A DNA stretch of 7,991 nucleotides from a virus (lineage: Duplodnaviria > Heunggongvirae > Uroviricota > Caudoviricetes). The stretch covers positions 1 to 7,991 of the IMG/VR virus record IMGVR_UViG_2695420739_000008; one strand, written 5' to 3'. Position 1 is the stretch's first letter, and the number at the start of each line of letters is the position of its first letter. Made by a program: the position numbers and the translations under genes. A model generated the notes under the pieces. That model saw only the letters and a program-made list of their open reading frames with translations, was not told where the DNA came from and did not search any database. Positions 1 through 6,425 of this stretch are shown here, one piece after another.

Positions 1-15
1 TAAGTGAATAAAAGT

Positions 16-58
16 AAAAACCCCGTTTGTTGGCACCAAGCGGGGTTTTGTGTTTCTG
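16..58 (+). terminator. Putative rho-independent terminator (tR'-like position upstream of the lysis-type genes)
   Basis: Seen in sequence: stem CCCCG (21-25) / CGGGG (41-45), extendable by the A-run 16-20 against the T-run 46-49, followed by TTTTGTGTTTCTG. The loop is long (15 nt), so this is not a textbook terminator. Confidence 0.4.
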
Positions 59-82
59 ACCTTGAGTAAGGCAAGGGAGAAC

Positions 83-265
83 ATGGCGAAGTATAAACGA
101 ATTCTGTTGAGGTTGACCATGAAAAACGGCCTTGAACTGAAAGCGCCTGTAACTGATGACATCAGCAGAGCACTGGCTTTTGCCATTAAGTGGGTGGCGG
201 TCGGTGTTGCTGTGTCCCCGATGCTGTATGGGCTGGCAAAACTGGTCATTGCGTTGAAATCGTGA
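83..265 (+). CDS. Hypothetical small protein (60 aa) with a basic N-terminus and a C-terminal hydrophobic segment
   Basis: ATG at 83 preceded by AAGGGAGA (short spacer); the tool ORF 50..265 is the same frame from an upstream GTG. The product [11 protein letters not shown]...[29 protein letters not shown] has one long hydrophobic stretch. It sits where a holin would be, but I do not recognise it as lambda S or S21. Confidence 0.45.
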   Translation: MAKYKRILLRLTMKNGLELKAPVTDDISRALAFAIKWVAVGVAVSPMLYGLAKLVIALKS

Positions 266-279
266 AGGGAGGATTAAGC

Positions 280-411
280 ATGTCAGACAAACTCATAACG
301 CTGGCGAAGATCCTCTGTGTAATTGTCGGCATTTCATTTTCACTAATGCTGGTTGCTCTTTTTCTTTCCATGGCCTGGATGATGTTGTCTTCGTCGGGGT
401 TGCTGGGGTGA
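280..411 (+). CDS. Hypothetical single-pass membrane peptide (43 aa)
   Basis: Strong SD AAGGGAGGA (266-274) 5 nt before ATG 280. Product [43 protein letters not shown] has a charged N-terminus and a roughly 26-residue hydrophobic core. Its stop TGA (409-411) overlaps an in-frame GTG (408) of the downstream Rz frame (GTGA). It occupies the endolysin position but is not an endolysin. Confidence 0.5.
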   Translation: MSDKLITLAKILCVIVGISFSLMLVALFLSMAWMMLSSSGLLG

Positions 412-422
412 ACATAAACCGA

Positions 423-881
423 ATGCTTTCCGCGTTTATCGTTATTCTGCTGGTGGCCTGTGGTGCGCTGTGGATGGCAACAGACCATTACCGTGATAAC
501 GCGATTACCTACAAAGCGCAGCGCGATAACAAAGCCAGTGAACTGAAGCTGGCGAACGCAACCATTACTGATATGCAGGTGCGCCAGCGCGATGTTGCTG
601 CGCTCGATGCAAAATACTCGAGGGAATTAGCCGATGCGAGAGCTGAAAATGAAACTCTTCGCGCTGACGTTGCCGCTGGTCGTAAGCGCCTGCGGATCAA
701 CGCCACCTGTCCAGGCTCCGTGCGTGAAGCCCCCACCACCTCCGGCGTGGATAATGCAACCGGCCCCCGACTGGCAGACACCGCTGAACGGGATTATTTC
801 ACCCTCAGAGAGCGGCTGATGACGATGCACAAGCAACTGGAAGGGGCACAGGAATATATCCGTACTCAGTGCCTGAAATAA
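423..881 (+). CDS. Rz: Rz-type i-spanin (inner-membrane spanin subunit), copy A
   Basis: Translation ...[44 protein letters not shown]...[37 protein letters not shown] closely matches lambda Rz as I recall it: N-terminal TM segment, coiled-coil region, conserved C-terminal Cys. The start may instead be the GTG at 408. Confidence 0.9.
   Translation: MLSAFIVILLVACGALWMATDHYRDNAITYKAQRDNKASELKLANATITDMQVRQRDVAALDAKYSRELADARAENETLRADVAAGRKRLRINATCPGSVREAPTTSGVDNATGPRLADTAERDYFTLRERLMTMHKQLEGAQEYIRTQCLK
634..819 (+). CDS. Rz1: Rz1-type o-spanin lipoprotein embedded in the +1 frame of Rz, copy A
   Basis: Embedded out-of-frame ORF with signal peptide and lipobox (LVVSAC), proline-rich mature part [30 protein letters not shown], nearly identical to lambda Rz1 as recalled. 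Confidence 0.85.
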   Translation: MRELKMKLFALTLPLVVSACGSTPPVQAPCVKPPPPPAWIMQPAPDWQTPLNGIISPSESG

Positions 882-889
882 GTTTTGTT

Positions 890-1080
890 GATGCGCCGTA
901 TCGTCGCTGTATTCCCTCATTAACAGAGACCGCAGCCCGACAGGGAGACTCCTCTGCGCGAGTGTGCGGGGATAATCAAAAACGATACACACCGGGGTTT
1001 ACCGTGTTAACGGAGCGCGGCGTTGTCCCCTCATAGTCGCCTGTCCGGTGCGATGGTGGAAGAAGCCGGATGTTTATCAC
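890..1080. repeat. Conserved noncoding block downstream of the spanin genes, copy A (paralog of 7061-7250)
   Basis: About 80% identical to 7061-7250 by eye, with small indels (for example CGGGG-TTT versus CGGGTTTTT). No ORF is conserved between the two copies, so it is probably non-coding. Confidence 0.6.
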
Positions 1081-1231
1081 TATTAATTGATGACACAGAA
1101 ATGGATTCATTGAATTTCAGCACGTTTTTGTATTCGTGTTATTGAACATCTGTTTATTTTACTTTTAACATATTGATAATAAAAAGAGCTGTAAATCTTT
1201 AGATGAGTCGATTTTGTCCGGGGAAGTTCAA

Positions 1232-1372
1232 ATGGATTTTATGCTGACGGTTTCTGGTGTGGTTATCCTGTCCATTGCTTATATTGCAGATAAATATGGC
1301 TGCCATTTGTTATCACGTATTGGCGCTTATTGTTCGTTGATGCTGATTTTCTCGTCGCTTTTTTTTGAGTAA
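1232..1372 (+). CDS. Possible small hydrophobic peptide (46 aa); may be non-coding
   Basis: ATG 1232 preceded by GGGGAAG; product MDFMLTVSGVVILSIAYIADKYGCHLLSRIGAYCSLMLIFSSLFFE. Lies in an AT-rich block with promoter-like TTGAAC and TG-A-TAAT elements upstream (1142-1182). It is below the ORF-track length cut-off and there is no homology evidence. Confidence 0.25.
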   Translation: MDFMLTVSGVVILSIAYIADKYGCHLLSRIGAYCSLMLIFSSLFFE

Positions 1373-1504
1373 GTTATATTAATTATAACAAATAATTTTC
1401 TGTGTTATTTTTTCAGGCTATCCCGTCAGAGGGGAAGCCTGTACTGCCGGGGAGCGAATGGAAAACTGATGTGTCCGGTAACTGCGTGTTCTGTGAACAC
1501 CATG

Positions 1505-1690
1505 TTACTTAATTATGTAATTCATACCCGAATTCTCTGTTGACAGCCTTCTTCTGCAGGCTTCAATAACCCACGCTGAAAAGTTTCCTGAACCTTTCAG
1601 ATCAAGAGCGATGTTAATTTGTTCAATCATCTGGTTTGGAAATCGGATGTTGCGGGTTGTTGTTCTGCGGGTTCTGTTCTTTGATGACAT
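1505..1690 (-). CDS. Small Arc/MetJ-like ribbon-helix-helix DNA-binding protein (61 aa), putative
   Basis: Minus-strand ORF with SD GGGGA 6 nt before the ATG. Product MSSKNRTRRTTTRNIRFPNQMIEQINIALDLKGSGNFSAWVIEACRRRL... has a basic N-terminal tail, a beta-strand-like NIRFP, and two helices, which resembles the Arc motif (FNLRWP...) as I recall it. This is the only gene in the window on the opposite strand. Confidence 0.45.
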   Translation of the reverse strand: MSSKNRTRRTTTRNIRFPNQMIEQINIALDLKGSGNFSAWVIEACRRRLSTENSGMNYIIK

Positions 1691-1752
1691 AATGTTTCCC
1701 CATATTCAGTGTTGCTGATTTGTATTATCTGAAGTTGCTTTTACGTTAATTT

Positions 1753-1783
1753 GACGCAGATCAATTAATACGATACCTGCGTC
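1753..1783. promoter_or_regulatory. Inverted repeat GACGCAG-N17-CTGCGTC upstream of the minus-strand RHH gene (candidate operator)
   Basis: Perfect 7-bp inverted repeat (1753-1759 and 1777-1783) with an AT-rich spacer containing ATTAAT, 60-95 nt upstream of the RHH start codon on the minus strand. Confidence 0.3.
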
Positions 1784-1866
1784 ATAATTGATTATTTCTC
1801 GTGGTTTGATGGCGTACACACATGTTGTGATAAACCTTATATAGATGATAATCATTATCATTTCGT

Positions 1867-2291
1867 GGGTCCTTTCCGGCGATCCGACCGGTTACGGGGC
1901 GGCGACCTCGCGGGTTTTCGCTATTTATGAAAATTTTCCGGGAACCATGTCCGGTTTCTCTTCAAGTTAACTATATGAAAAATATAAAAACAGGTCTTCT
2001 GTGAACCGGACATGCACAAAAAATAGACATGTAAGCCGGACATGACCGGTTTTGTTGTGATTGTGAGGTGAGAGTTTTTGCGAGGTGAGGAGTGGCTACG
2101 CAGACTGAAGTTGCCAGGCATTTAAGTCTGACCGATCGCCAGCTTCGCAGATTGCAGAAATTGCCGGGTGCCCCGATATCAAATAAGCGAGGGCAACTGG
2201 ATCTGGATGCCTGGCGCGATTTTTACATATCGTATCTGAGGAGAAGTAAAAACGATGTGCCTGATGGCGATAGCGAAGACGACTATGAGGA
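1867..2291 (+). repeat. 425-bp direct repeat, copy A (cos site plus 5' 200 nt of the terminase small-subunit gene)
   Basis: Matches 7329-7753 at a constant offset of 5,462 bp with 5 mismatches (1881, 1889, 2016, 2025, 2035) by direct reading. Sequences diverge immediately outside both boundaries. Confidence 0.9.
1875..2053 (+). other. Lambda-type cos site, copy A: cosQ, cosN (1897-1908) and cosB with R3 (1946-1956, inverted), AT-rich IHF-like I1, R2 (2004-2014), R1 (2034-2044)
   Basis: GTTACG|GGGCGGCGACCT|CGCGGGTTTTCGCTATTTATGAAAATTTTCCGG matches the joined right and left ends of lambda DNA as I recall them. Three copies of a CCGGACATG-type element, one inverted, flank an A/T-rich segment, as in lambda cosB. 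Confidence 0.8.
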
Positions 2292-2352
2292 ACGCATGGC
2301 GCGGCCTTTTTTTTATGACCTGCCACTGGCAGATGGTCATCCTGTGATTTGA
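2092..2352 (+). CDS. Truncated terminase small subunit (Nu1-like residues 1-67, the winged-HTH DNA-binding region) fused to a 19-aa unrelated tail; possibly a gene remnant
   Basis: GTG start with SD GAGGTGAGGAG. The first 67 codons are identical to the gene at 7554. After position 2291 the sequence diverges and the frame ends after RMARPFFYDLPLADGHPVI. Confidence 0.65.
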   Translation: MATQTEVARHLSLTDRQLRRLQKLPGAPISNKRGQLDLDAWRDFYISYLRRSKNDVPDGDSEDDYEERMARPFFYDLPLADGHPVI

Positions 2353-2400
2353 TTCCGGTTCCGGCTTTTTAACTCTGTTCCTGTACACGGGAGAAATTCG

Positions 2401-4338
2401 ATGTCGATTAAACATTATGATGTTGTCAGGGCGGCGTCGCCGTCAGATCTTGCGGAAAAGCTGACACACAAACTGAAAGAGGGCTGGCAGCCGTTTGGTA
2501 GTCCTGTGGCCATAACCCCTTATACCCTGATGCAGGCGATTGCCGCGGAGGGGGATGTGACCACGCCAGTGGTTGTGCCCGGCACGGGGGATGGTGGCTA
2601 TCCGGGAGTGGTCACCACGGAGCCAGATTATTACTACGTTATTCCACTGGCCGGGCAGTCGAACGGCATGGCTTACGGTGAGGGGCTTCCTCTGCCGCAG
2701 ACATATGACCGTCCTGACCCGCGTATAAAGCAACTGGCTCGTCGCAGCACAGTGACGCCGGATGGCGCTCCCTGTAAATATAACGACATTATTCCGGCAG
2801 ACCACTGTCTGCATGATGTACAGGACATGAGCCGTCTTAACCATCCGAAAGCTGACCTGTCGAAAGGTCAGTACGGAACCGTGGGGCAGGGGCTGCATAT
2901 TGCCAAAAAGCTGCTGCCGTTTATACCGGCGAATGCGGGTATTCTTCTGGTTCCGTGCTGCCGTGGTGGTTCAGCTTTCACCACCGGGGCAGATGGAACA
3001 TACAGTGACGTGACCGGTGCCTCAGAGAGTTCTACCCGCTGGGGTGTGGGCAGGCCGCTGTATAAGGATCTCATCGGTCGTACAAAAGCCGCGCTGGCAA
3101 AGAACCCGAAAAATGTGCTGCTTGCCGTGGTGTGGATGCAGGGGGAATTTGACTTTGACGGAACGCCAGCAAATCACACAGCCCGTTTTACAGAAGTAGT
3201 GGAACAATATCGTACGGACCTTGCAGATATGGTGGGACAGTGCGCTGGTGGTTCTGCTGACGGTGTTCCCTGGATATGTGGAGACACAACTTATTTCTGG
3301 AAGCAGAAGAGCGAATCCACTTACCAGACGGTGTACGGCAGTTACAAAAACAAAACGGAAAAGAATATTCACTTTGTGCCGTTCATGACCGATGAGAACG
3401 GAGCAAATGTCCCGACGAACAAACCGGAAGAAGACCCGGATATTCCGGCATCAGGATATTACGGTGCGGCCTCCCGGACGTCGGCAAACTGGACGTCAGC
3501 AGACCGTGCGAGCCATTTCAGCTCATGGGCACGCAGGGGGATTATTTCTGACCGTCTTGCCTCAGCGATTCTTCTCCATGCAGGACGGACGGCTGAACTG
3601 GTGGGTGGGGAACAGGTTGTGATGCCGCCGGATGAGAAGCCGTCACCGGACACACCATCAACACCGTCAACGGACGGGAAATCAGTGACAACGCTGCTTT
3701 ATTACCGTGCAACAGAGTCAGGTGGTTTACTGAATCCGCAGGGATGGGGAGCTGAAGGAGGGCGTGCATTGGTAGTTGATGATGCAGGTGCTGCAGGAGG
3801 TAAGGCGCTGAGGTGGACCAAACAGACAGGAAGTTCCTCGTGGTTTATGCAGCATGATGTCGGTAATGGCGCAGACCTGCTGGAGAAGGGCGGGCTTATC
3901 AGTTGTCGTTTTAAAGTTGATGGCACACTGACAGCTAATCAGTACGCACTGGCGCTGTACTGGCCGGTTTCTTCACTGCCTCAGGGCGTCACACTGGAAG
4001 GTAATGCCGGTCATAACCTGCTGGCGTCGTTTTACGTACAGAGCGATGCCACAGACCTTAATGTGATGTACCACAAGGGAAATGCTGGTCAGAACACGAA
4101 GCTGGGGTCATTCGGCGCATTTGATAACGAATGGCATACGCTGGGCTTCCGTTTTGCCGGTAACAACAGTATTGAGGTGACGCCGGTCATTGATGGTAAG
4201 GACGGGACGCCGTTCATGCTGTCACAGTCACCGGTCGGCACGTTTACGGCAGACAAATTGCGCGTGACCGATATCACTAGCGGTGCGACATATCCGGTGC
4301 TGATTGAAAGTATAACAGTGGAAGTGAATAACCCGTAA
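2401..4338 (+). CDS. nanS-p: Prophage-encoded sialate O-acetylesterase of the NanS-p type (645 aa): N-terminal DUF1737-like region, SGNH/SASA esterase domain, C-terminal carbohydrate-binding-like region
   Basis: SD GGGAGA 6 nt upstream of the ATG. N-terminus MSIKHYDVVRAASPSDLAEKL...GWQPFGSP and the GQSN motif (Ser87, nt 2659-2661) are typical of SGNH-type sialate O-acetylesterases. The 645-aa size and the position immediately upstream of the S-R-Rz lysis genes match the nanS-p genes of EHEC Stx prophages as I recall them. Confidence 0.85.
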   Translation: MSIKHYDVVRAASPSDLAEKLTHKLKEGWQPFGSPVAITPYTLMQAIAAEGDVTTPVVVPGTGDGGYPGVVTTEPDYYYVIPLAGQSNGMAYGEGLPLPQTYDRPDPRIKQLARRSTVTPDGAPCKYNDIIPADHCLHDVQDMSRLNHPKADLSKGQYGTVGQGLHIAKKLLPFIPANAGILLVPCCRGGSAFTTGADGTYSDVTGASESSTRWGVGRPLYKDLIGRTKAALAKNPKNVLLAVVWMQGEFDFDGTPANHTARFTEVVEQYRTDLADMVGQCAGGSADGVPWICGDTTYFWKQKSESTYQTVYGSYKNKTEKNIHFVPFMTDENGANVPTNKPEEDPDIPASGYYGAASRTSANWTSADRASHFSSWARRGIISDRLASAILLHAGRTAELVGGEQVVMPPDEKPSPDTPSTPSTDGKSVTTLLYYRATESGGLLNPQGWGAEGGRALVVDDAGAAGGKALRWTKQTGSSSWFMQHDVGNGADLLEKGGLISCRFKVDGTLTANQYALALYWPVSSLPQGVTLEGNAGHNLLASFYVQSDATDLNVMYHKGNAGQNTKLGSFGAFDNEWHTLGFRFAGNNSIEVTPVIDGKDGTPFMLSQSPVGTFTADKLRVTDITSGATYPVLIESITVEVNNP

Positions 4339-4485
4339 GCAGGAAAAAAAGGCCGCCGGGGCAGGGAAAACAAGGAGCCAGAACCGGCGGCAAATGTCGT
4401 TATATCCAAAGCAAAACATGCAGGACACTTTTTTAACCAACAGGTATTAACGATGTCAACACCATATCAATAACCGGGAGGGATA

Positions 4486-4668
4486 ATGAGATTTGTACAG
4501 CTTATTTTATTGTATTTCTGCACGGTGGTGTGCACGTTATATCTGGTAAGTGGCGGGTATAAGGTTATCCGGAACTATATACGCAAAAAGATTGATGCCG
4601 CGGCGGCGGAAAAAATCAGCGCCAGCCAGTCAGCCGGAACAAAACCCGAAGAGCCTCTCATTTCGTAG
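4486..4668 (+). CDS. Hypothetical small membrane protein (60 aa)
   Basis: SD GGGAGGG 4 nt before ATG 4486. N-terminal hydrophobic segment LILLYFCTVVCTLYLV followed by a basic, hydrophilic tail. Confidence 0.5.
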   Translation: MRFVQLILLYFCTVVCTLYLVSGGYKVIRNYIRKKIDAAAAEKISASQSAGTKPEEPLIS

Positions 4669-4705
4669 CAACTTTCTTAACAACACCTTTCAACGAGAAA
4701 ATCCT

Positions 4706-4975
4706 ATGTCAGAAATAAAATCTCTGGTCACTGCTGAAGCAGTGAAGGACGTCCTGCGCTCTGAAGAAGTCAGAAGCGCACTGAAACAGCAACTCCGCCA
4801 GAATCTTGAGGCGCGTCTTGATGCTGAAGTGGATGCCATTCTGGATGAGCTGCTGGGGGGACCGGCTGCTCCTGAGCCTGAAGACGGCGCGGGTGACAGT
4901 GCTGTTTCAGATGGCGTTGTGTCTCAGCCTGACGGTAGCAGTGAGCCTCAGCCTGGCGGCGAAATGATGATGTAA
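4706..4975 (+). CDS. Hypothetical acidic protein (89 aa)
   Basis: ATG 4706 (MSEIKSLVTAEAVKDVL...) with a weak SD. Helical, charged N-terminal half and an acidic Pro/Gly/Ser-rich C-terminus. The tool ORF 4550..4975 is the same frame with an N-terminal extension that overlaps the preceding ORF. Confidence 0.5.
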   Translation: MSEIKSLVTAEAVKDVLRSEEVRSALKQQLRQNLEARLDAEVDAILDELLGGPAAPEPEDGAGDSAVSDGVVSQPDGSSEPQPGGEMMM

Positions 4976-5050
4976 CCATACGCAGGGGCTGTCGGTGTGA
5001 GCTGATGCCCCTCCTGTTGTTGTGAGCTTCCGGATTGCGGGAGACGGGGT

Positions 5051-5266
5051 ATGTACCAGATGGAAAAAATAACAACGGGTGTGTCATACACCACGTCAGC
5101 GGTGGGGACGGGATACTGGCTACTGCAGTTGCTGGACAAAGTCTCCCCATCCCAGTGGGTGGCAATAGGCGTATTGGGTAGCCTGGTGTTTGGCTTGCTG
5201 ACGTATCTGACAAACCTTTATTTCAAGATTAAAGAAGATAAGCGTAAGGCTGCGAGAGGTGAATAA
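5051..5266 (+). CDS. S: Class II holin (pinholin) of the phage 21 S family, with dual-start motif Met1/Met4
   Basis: 71-aa product [71 protein letters not shown] closely matches S21 as recalled: two TMDs and a basic C-terminus. Its stop overlaps the endolysin start. Confidence 0.9.
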   Translation: MYQMEKITTGVSYTTSAVGTGYWLLQLLDKVSPSQWVAIGVLGSLVFGLLTYLTNLYFKIKEDKRKAARGE

Positions 5267-5763
5267 TGTCGCCATCATTACGCAAGGCTGTTGCTGCTGC
5301 TATTGGTGGTGGGGCTGTTGCCATAGCGTCTGTGCTCATCACTGGTCCGAGTGGTGACGATGGCCTGGAAGGTGTCAGCTACATACCATACGAAGATATC
5401 GTTGGCGTATGGACTGTATGTCACGGACACACCGGAAAAGACATCATTCCCGGTAAAACGTATACCGAAGCAGAATGCAAAGCCCTCCTGAATAAAGACC
5501 TTGCCATGGTCGCCAGACAAATTAACCCGTACATCAAAGTCGATATACCGGAAACAACGCGCGGCGCTCTTTACTCGTTCGTTTACAACGTGGGCGCTGG
5601 TAATTTCAGAACATCGACGCTTCTTCGCAAAATAAACCAGGGTGATATCAAAGGCGCATGTGACCAGCTACGTCGCTGGACATACGCTGGCGGTAAGCAA
5701 TGGAAAGGGCTGATGACCCGTCGTGATATTGAGCGTGAAGTCTGTTTGTGGGGGCAGCAATGA
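5266..5763 (+). CDS. R: SAR endolysin (phage 21 R-type lysozyme with N-terminal signal-anchor-release domain)
   Basis: N-terminal Gly/Ala-rich weakly hydrophobic segment [19 protein letters not shown]4-lysozyme-like catalytic residues at E35, D44 and T50 ([17 protein letters not shown]). Overall match to R21 as recalled. ATGA overlap with the downstream Rz. Confidence 0.92.
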   Translation: MSPSLRKAVAAAIGGGAVAIASVLITGPSGDDGLEGVSYIPYEDIVGVWTVCHGHTGKDIIPGKTYTEAECKALLNKDLAMVARQINPYIKVDIPETTRGALYSFVYNVGAGNFRTSTLLRKINQGDIKGACDQLRRWTYAGGKQWKGLMTRRDIEREVCLWGQQ

Positions 5764-6227
5764 GCAGGGTAACCGCGATTATCTCCGCTCTGGTTATTTG
5801 CATCATCGTCTGCCTGTCATGGGCTGTTAATCATTACCGTGATAACGCCATCGCCTACAAAGAGCAGCGCGACAAAAACGCCAGAGAGCTGAAGCAGGCG
5901 ACCGCCACCATTACTGACATGCAGAAGCGCCAGCGTGCTGCTGATGCACTCGATGCTAAATACACGAAGGAGTTAGCCAATGCGAAAGCTGAAAATGATG
6001 CTCTTCGGCGTAAGCTTGATAATGGTGGTCGGGTGCTCGTCAAAGGAAAATGCTCTGTGCCATCCTCAGCCGAAACCTCCAGCGCCTCCGGCATGGGCAA
6101 TGATGCCACCGTCGAACTCTCTTCAGTTGCTGGACGAAACGTTCTCGGTATCCGGGACGGAATTATCCGTGACCAAACAGCACTGAGAACGCTTCAGGAG
6201 TACATCAGGACGCAATGCCTGAAATAA
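5760..6227 (+). CDS. Rz: Rz-type i-spanin, copy B
   Basis: [45 protein letters not shown]...[12 protein letters not shown]: the N-terminus is nearly identical to lambda Rz as recalled, with the conserved C-terminal Cys. The tool ORF from 5748 is a GTG extension. Confidence 0.9.
   Translation: MSRVTAIISALVICIIVCLSWAVNHYRDNAIAYKEQRDKNARELKQATATITDMQKRQRAADALDAKYTKELANAKAENDALRRKLDNGGRVLVKGKCSVPSSAETSSASGMGNDATVELSSVAGRNVLGIRDGIIRDQTALRTLQEYIRTQCLK
5980..6186 (+). CDS. Rz1: Rz1-type o-spanin lipoprotein embedded in the +1 frame of Rz, copy B
   Basis: [21 protein letters not shown]...[14 protein letters not shown]: signal peptide, lipobox (VVGC), proline-rich mature region. Same frame relationship to Rz as in copy A. 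Confidence 0.85.
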   Translation: MRKLKMMLFGVSLIMVVGCSSKENALCHPQPKPPAPPAWAMMPPSNSLQLLDETFSVSGTELSVTKQH

Positions 6228-6259
6228 TTTTTTTGCAAATCACAAAGTCAATTTAATGA

Positions 6260-6282
6260 GCCTCGCGATGCGGGGCTTTTTT
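6260..6282 (+). terminator. Putative rho-independent terminator downstream of Rz/Rz1 copy B
   Basis: Stem GCCTCGC (6260-6266) / GCGGGGC (6270-6276), 7 bp with one G-U pair and a 3-nt loop, followed by TTTTTT (6277-6282). Confidence 0.5.
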
Positions 6283-6425
6283 ATGTCCGCAGTAAACGCG
6301 CATCTCACGCGCATATTAACGAGAGCCTTTCAGTAAGCGAGCCTGAGAAATGCCGTTATAGGTGGCGACCTCTCTCGGGCGGCTTTTCTGTGAGACAGGC
6401 TCACTTTCTAAAAGGTAAAGACGCT

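Noticed and set aside
190-411. Longer alternative starts proposed by the ORF track (190, 408, 4550, 5748, 6390)
   Set aside because: Each internal ATG has a better Shine-Dalgarno context and gives an N-terminus matching the known family (for example MSRVTAII for Rz), so the upstream extensions are taken to be untranslated. GTG 408 for Rz copy A remains possible.
246-992. Minus-strand ORFs 246..488, 509..781 and 627..992 overlapping the small ORFs and Rz copy A
   Set aside because: Antisense to a confidently identified Rz/Rz1 gene pair; the proteins are low-complexity and have no recognisable features.
1921-2121. 66-aa minus-strand ORF, duplicated at 7383..7583
   Set aside because: It lies across cosN/cosB and the terminase start region on the antisense strand. 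It is duplicated only because the repeat is duplicated, and there is no SD or coding signature. Treated as spurious.
2096-2415. Minus-strand ORFs 2096..2326 and 2179..2415
   Set aside because: Antisense to the well-supported terminase fragment and to the nanS-p start region; no independent support.
4352-4390. Inverted repeat GCCGCCGG...CCGGCGGC downstream of nanS-p as a terminator
   Set aside because: An 8-bp GC-rich stem, but the loop is about 23 nt and no T-run follows. It may be a structural element, but it is not a convincing intrinsic terminator.
2443-4440. Multiple minus-strand and alternate-frame ORFs inside nanS-p (for example 2443..2898, 3022..3372, 3392..3622, 3459..3926, 4089..4440)
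   Set aside because: They are fully nested in or overlapping a long, well-supported 645-aa + strand gene, as expected by chance for sequence of this composition.
4770-6109. Minus-strand ORFs 4770..5213, 4948..5139, 5278..5520 and 5855..6109
   Set aside because: Antisense to the holin, endolysin and Rz genes of the intact lysis cassette; treated as shadow ORFs.
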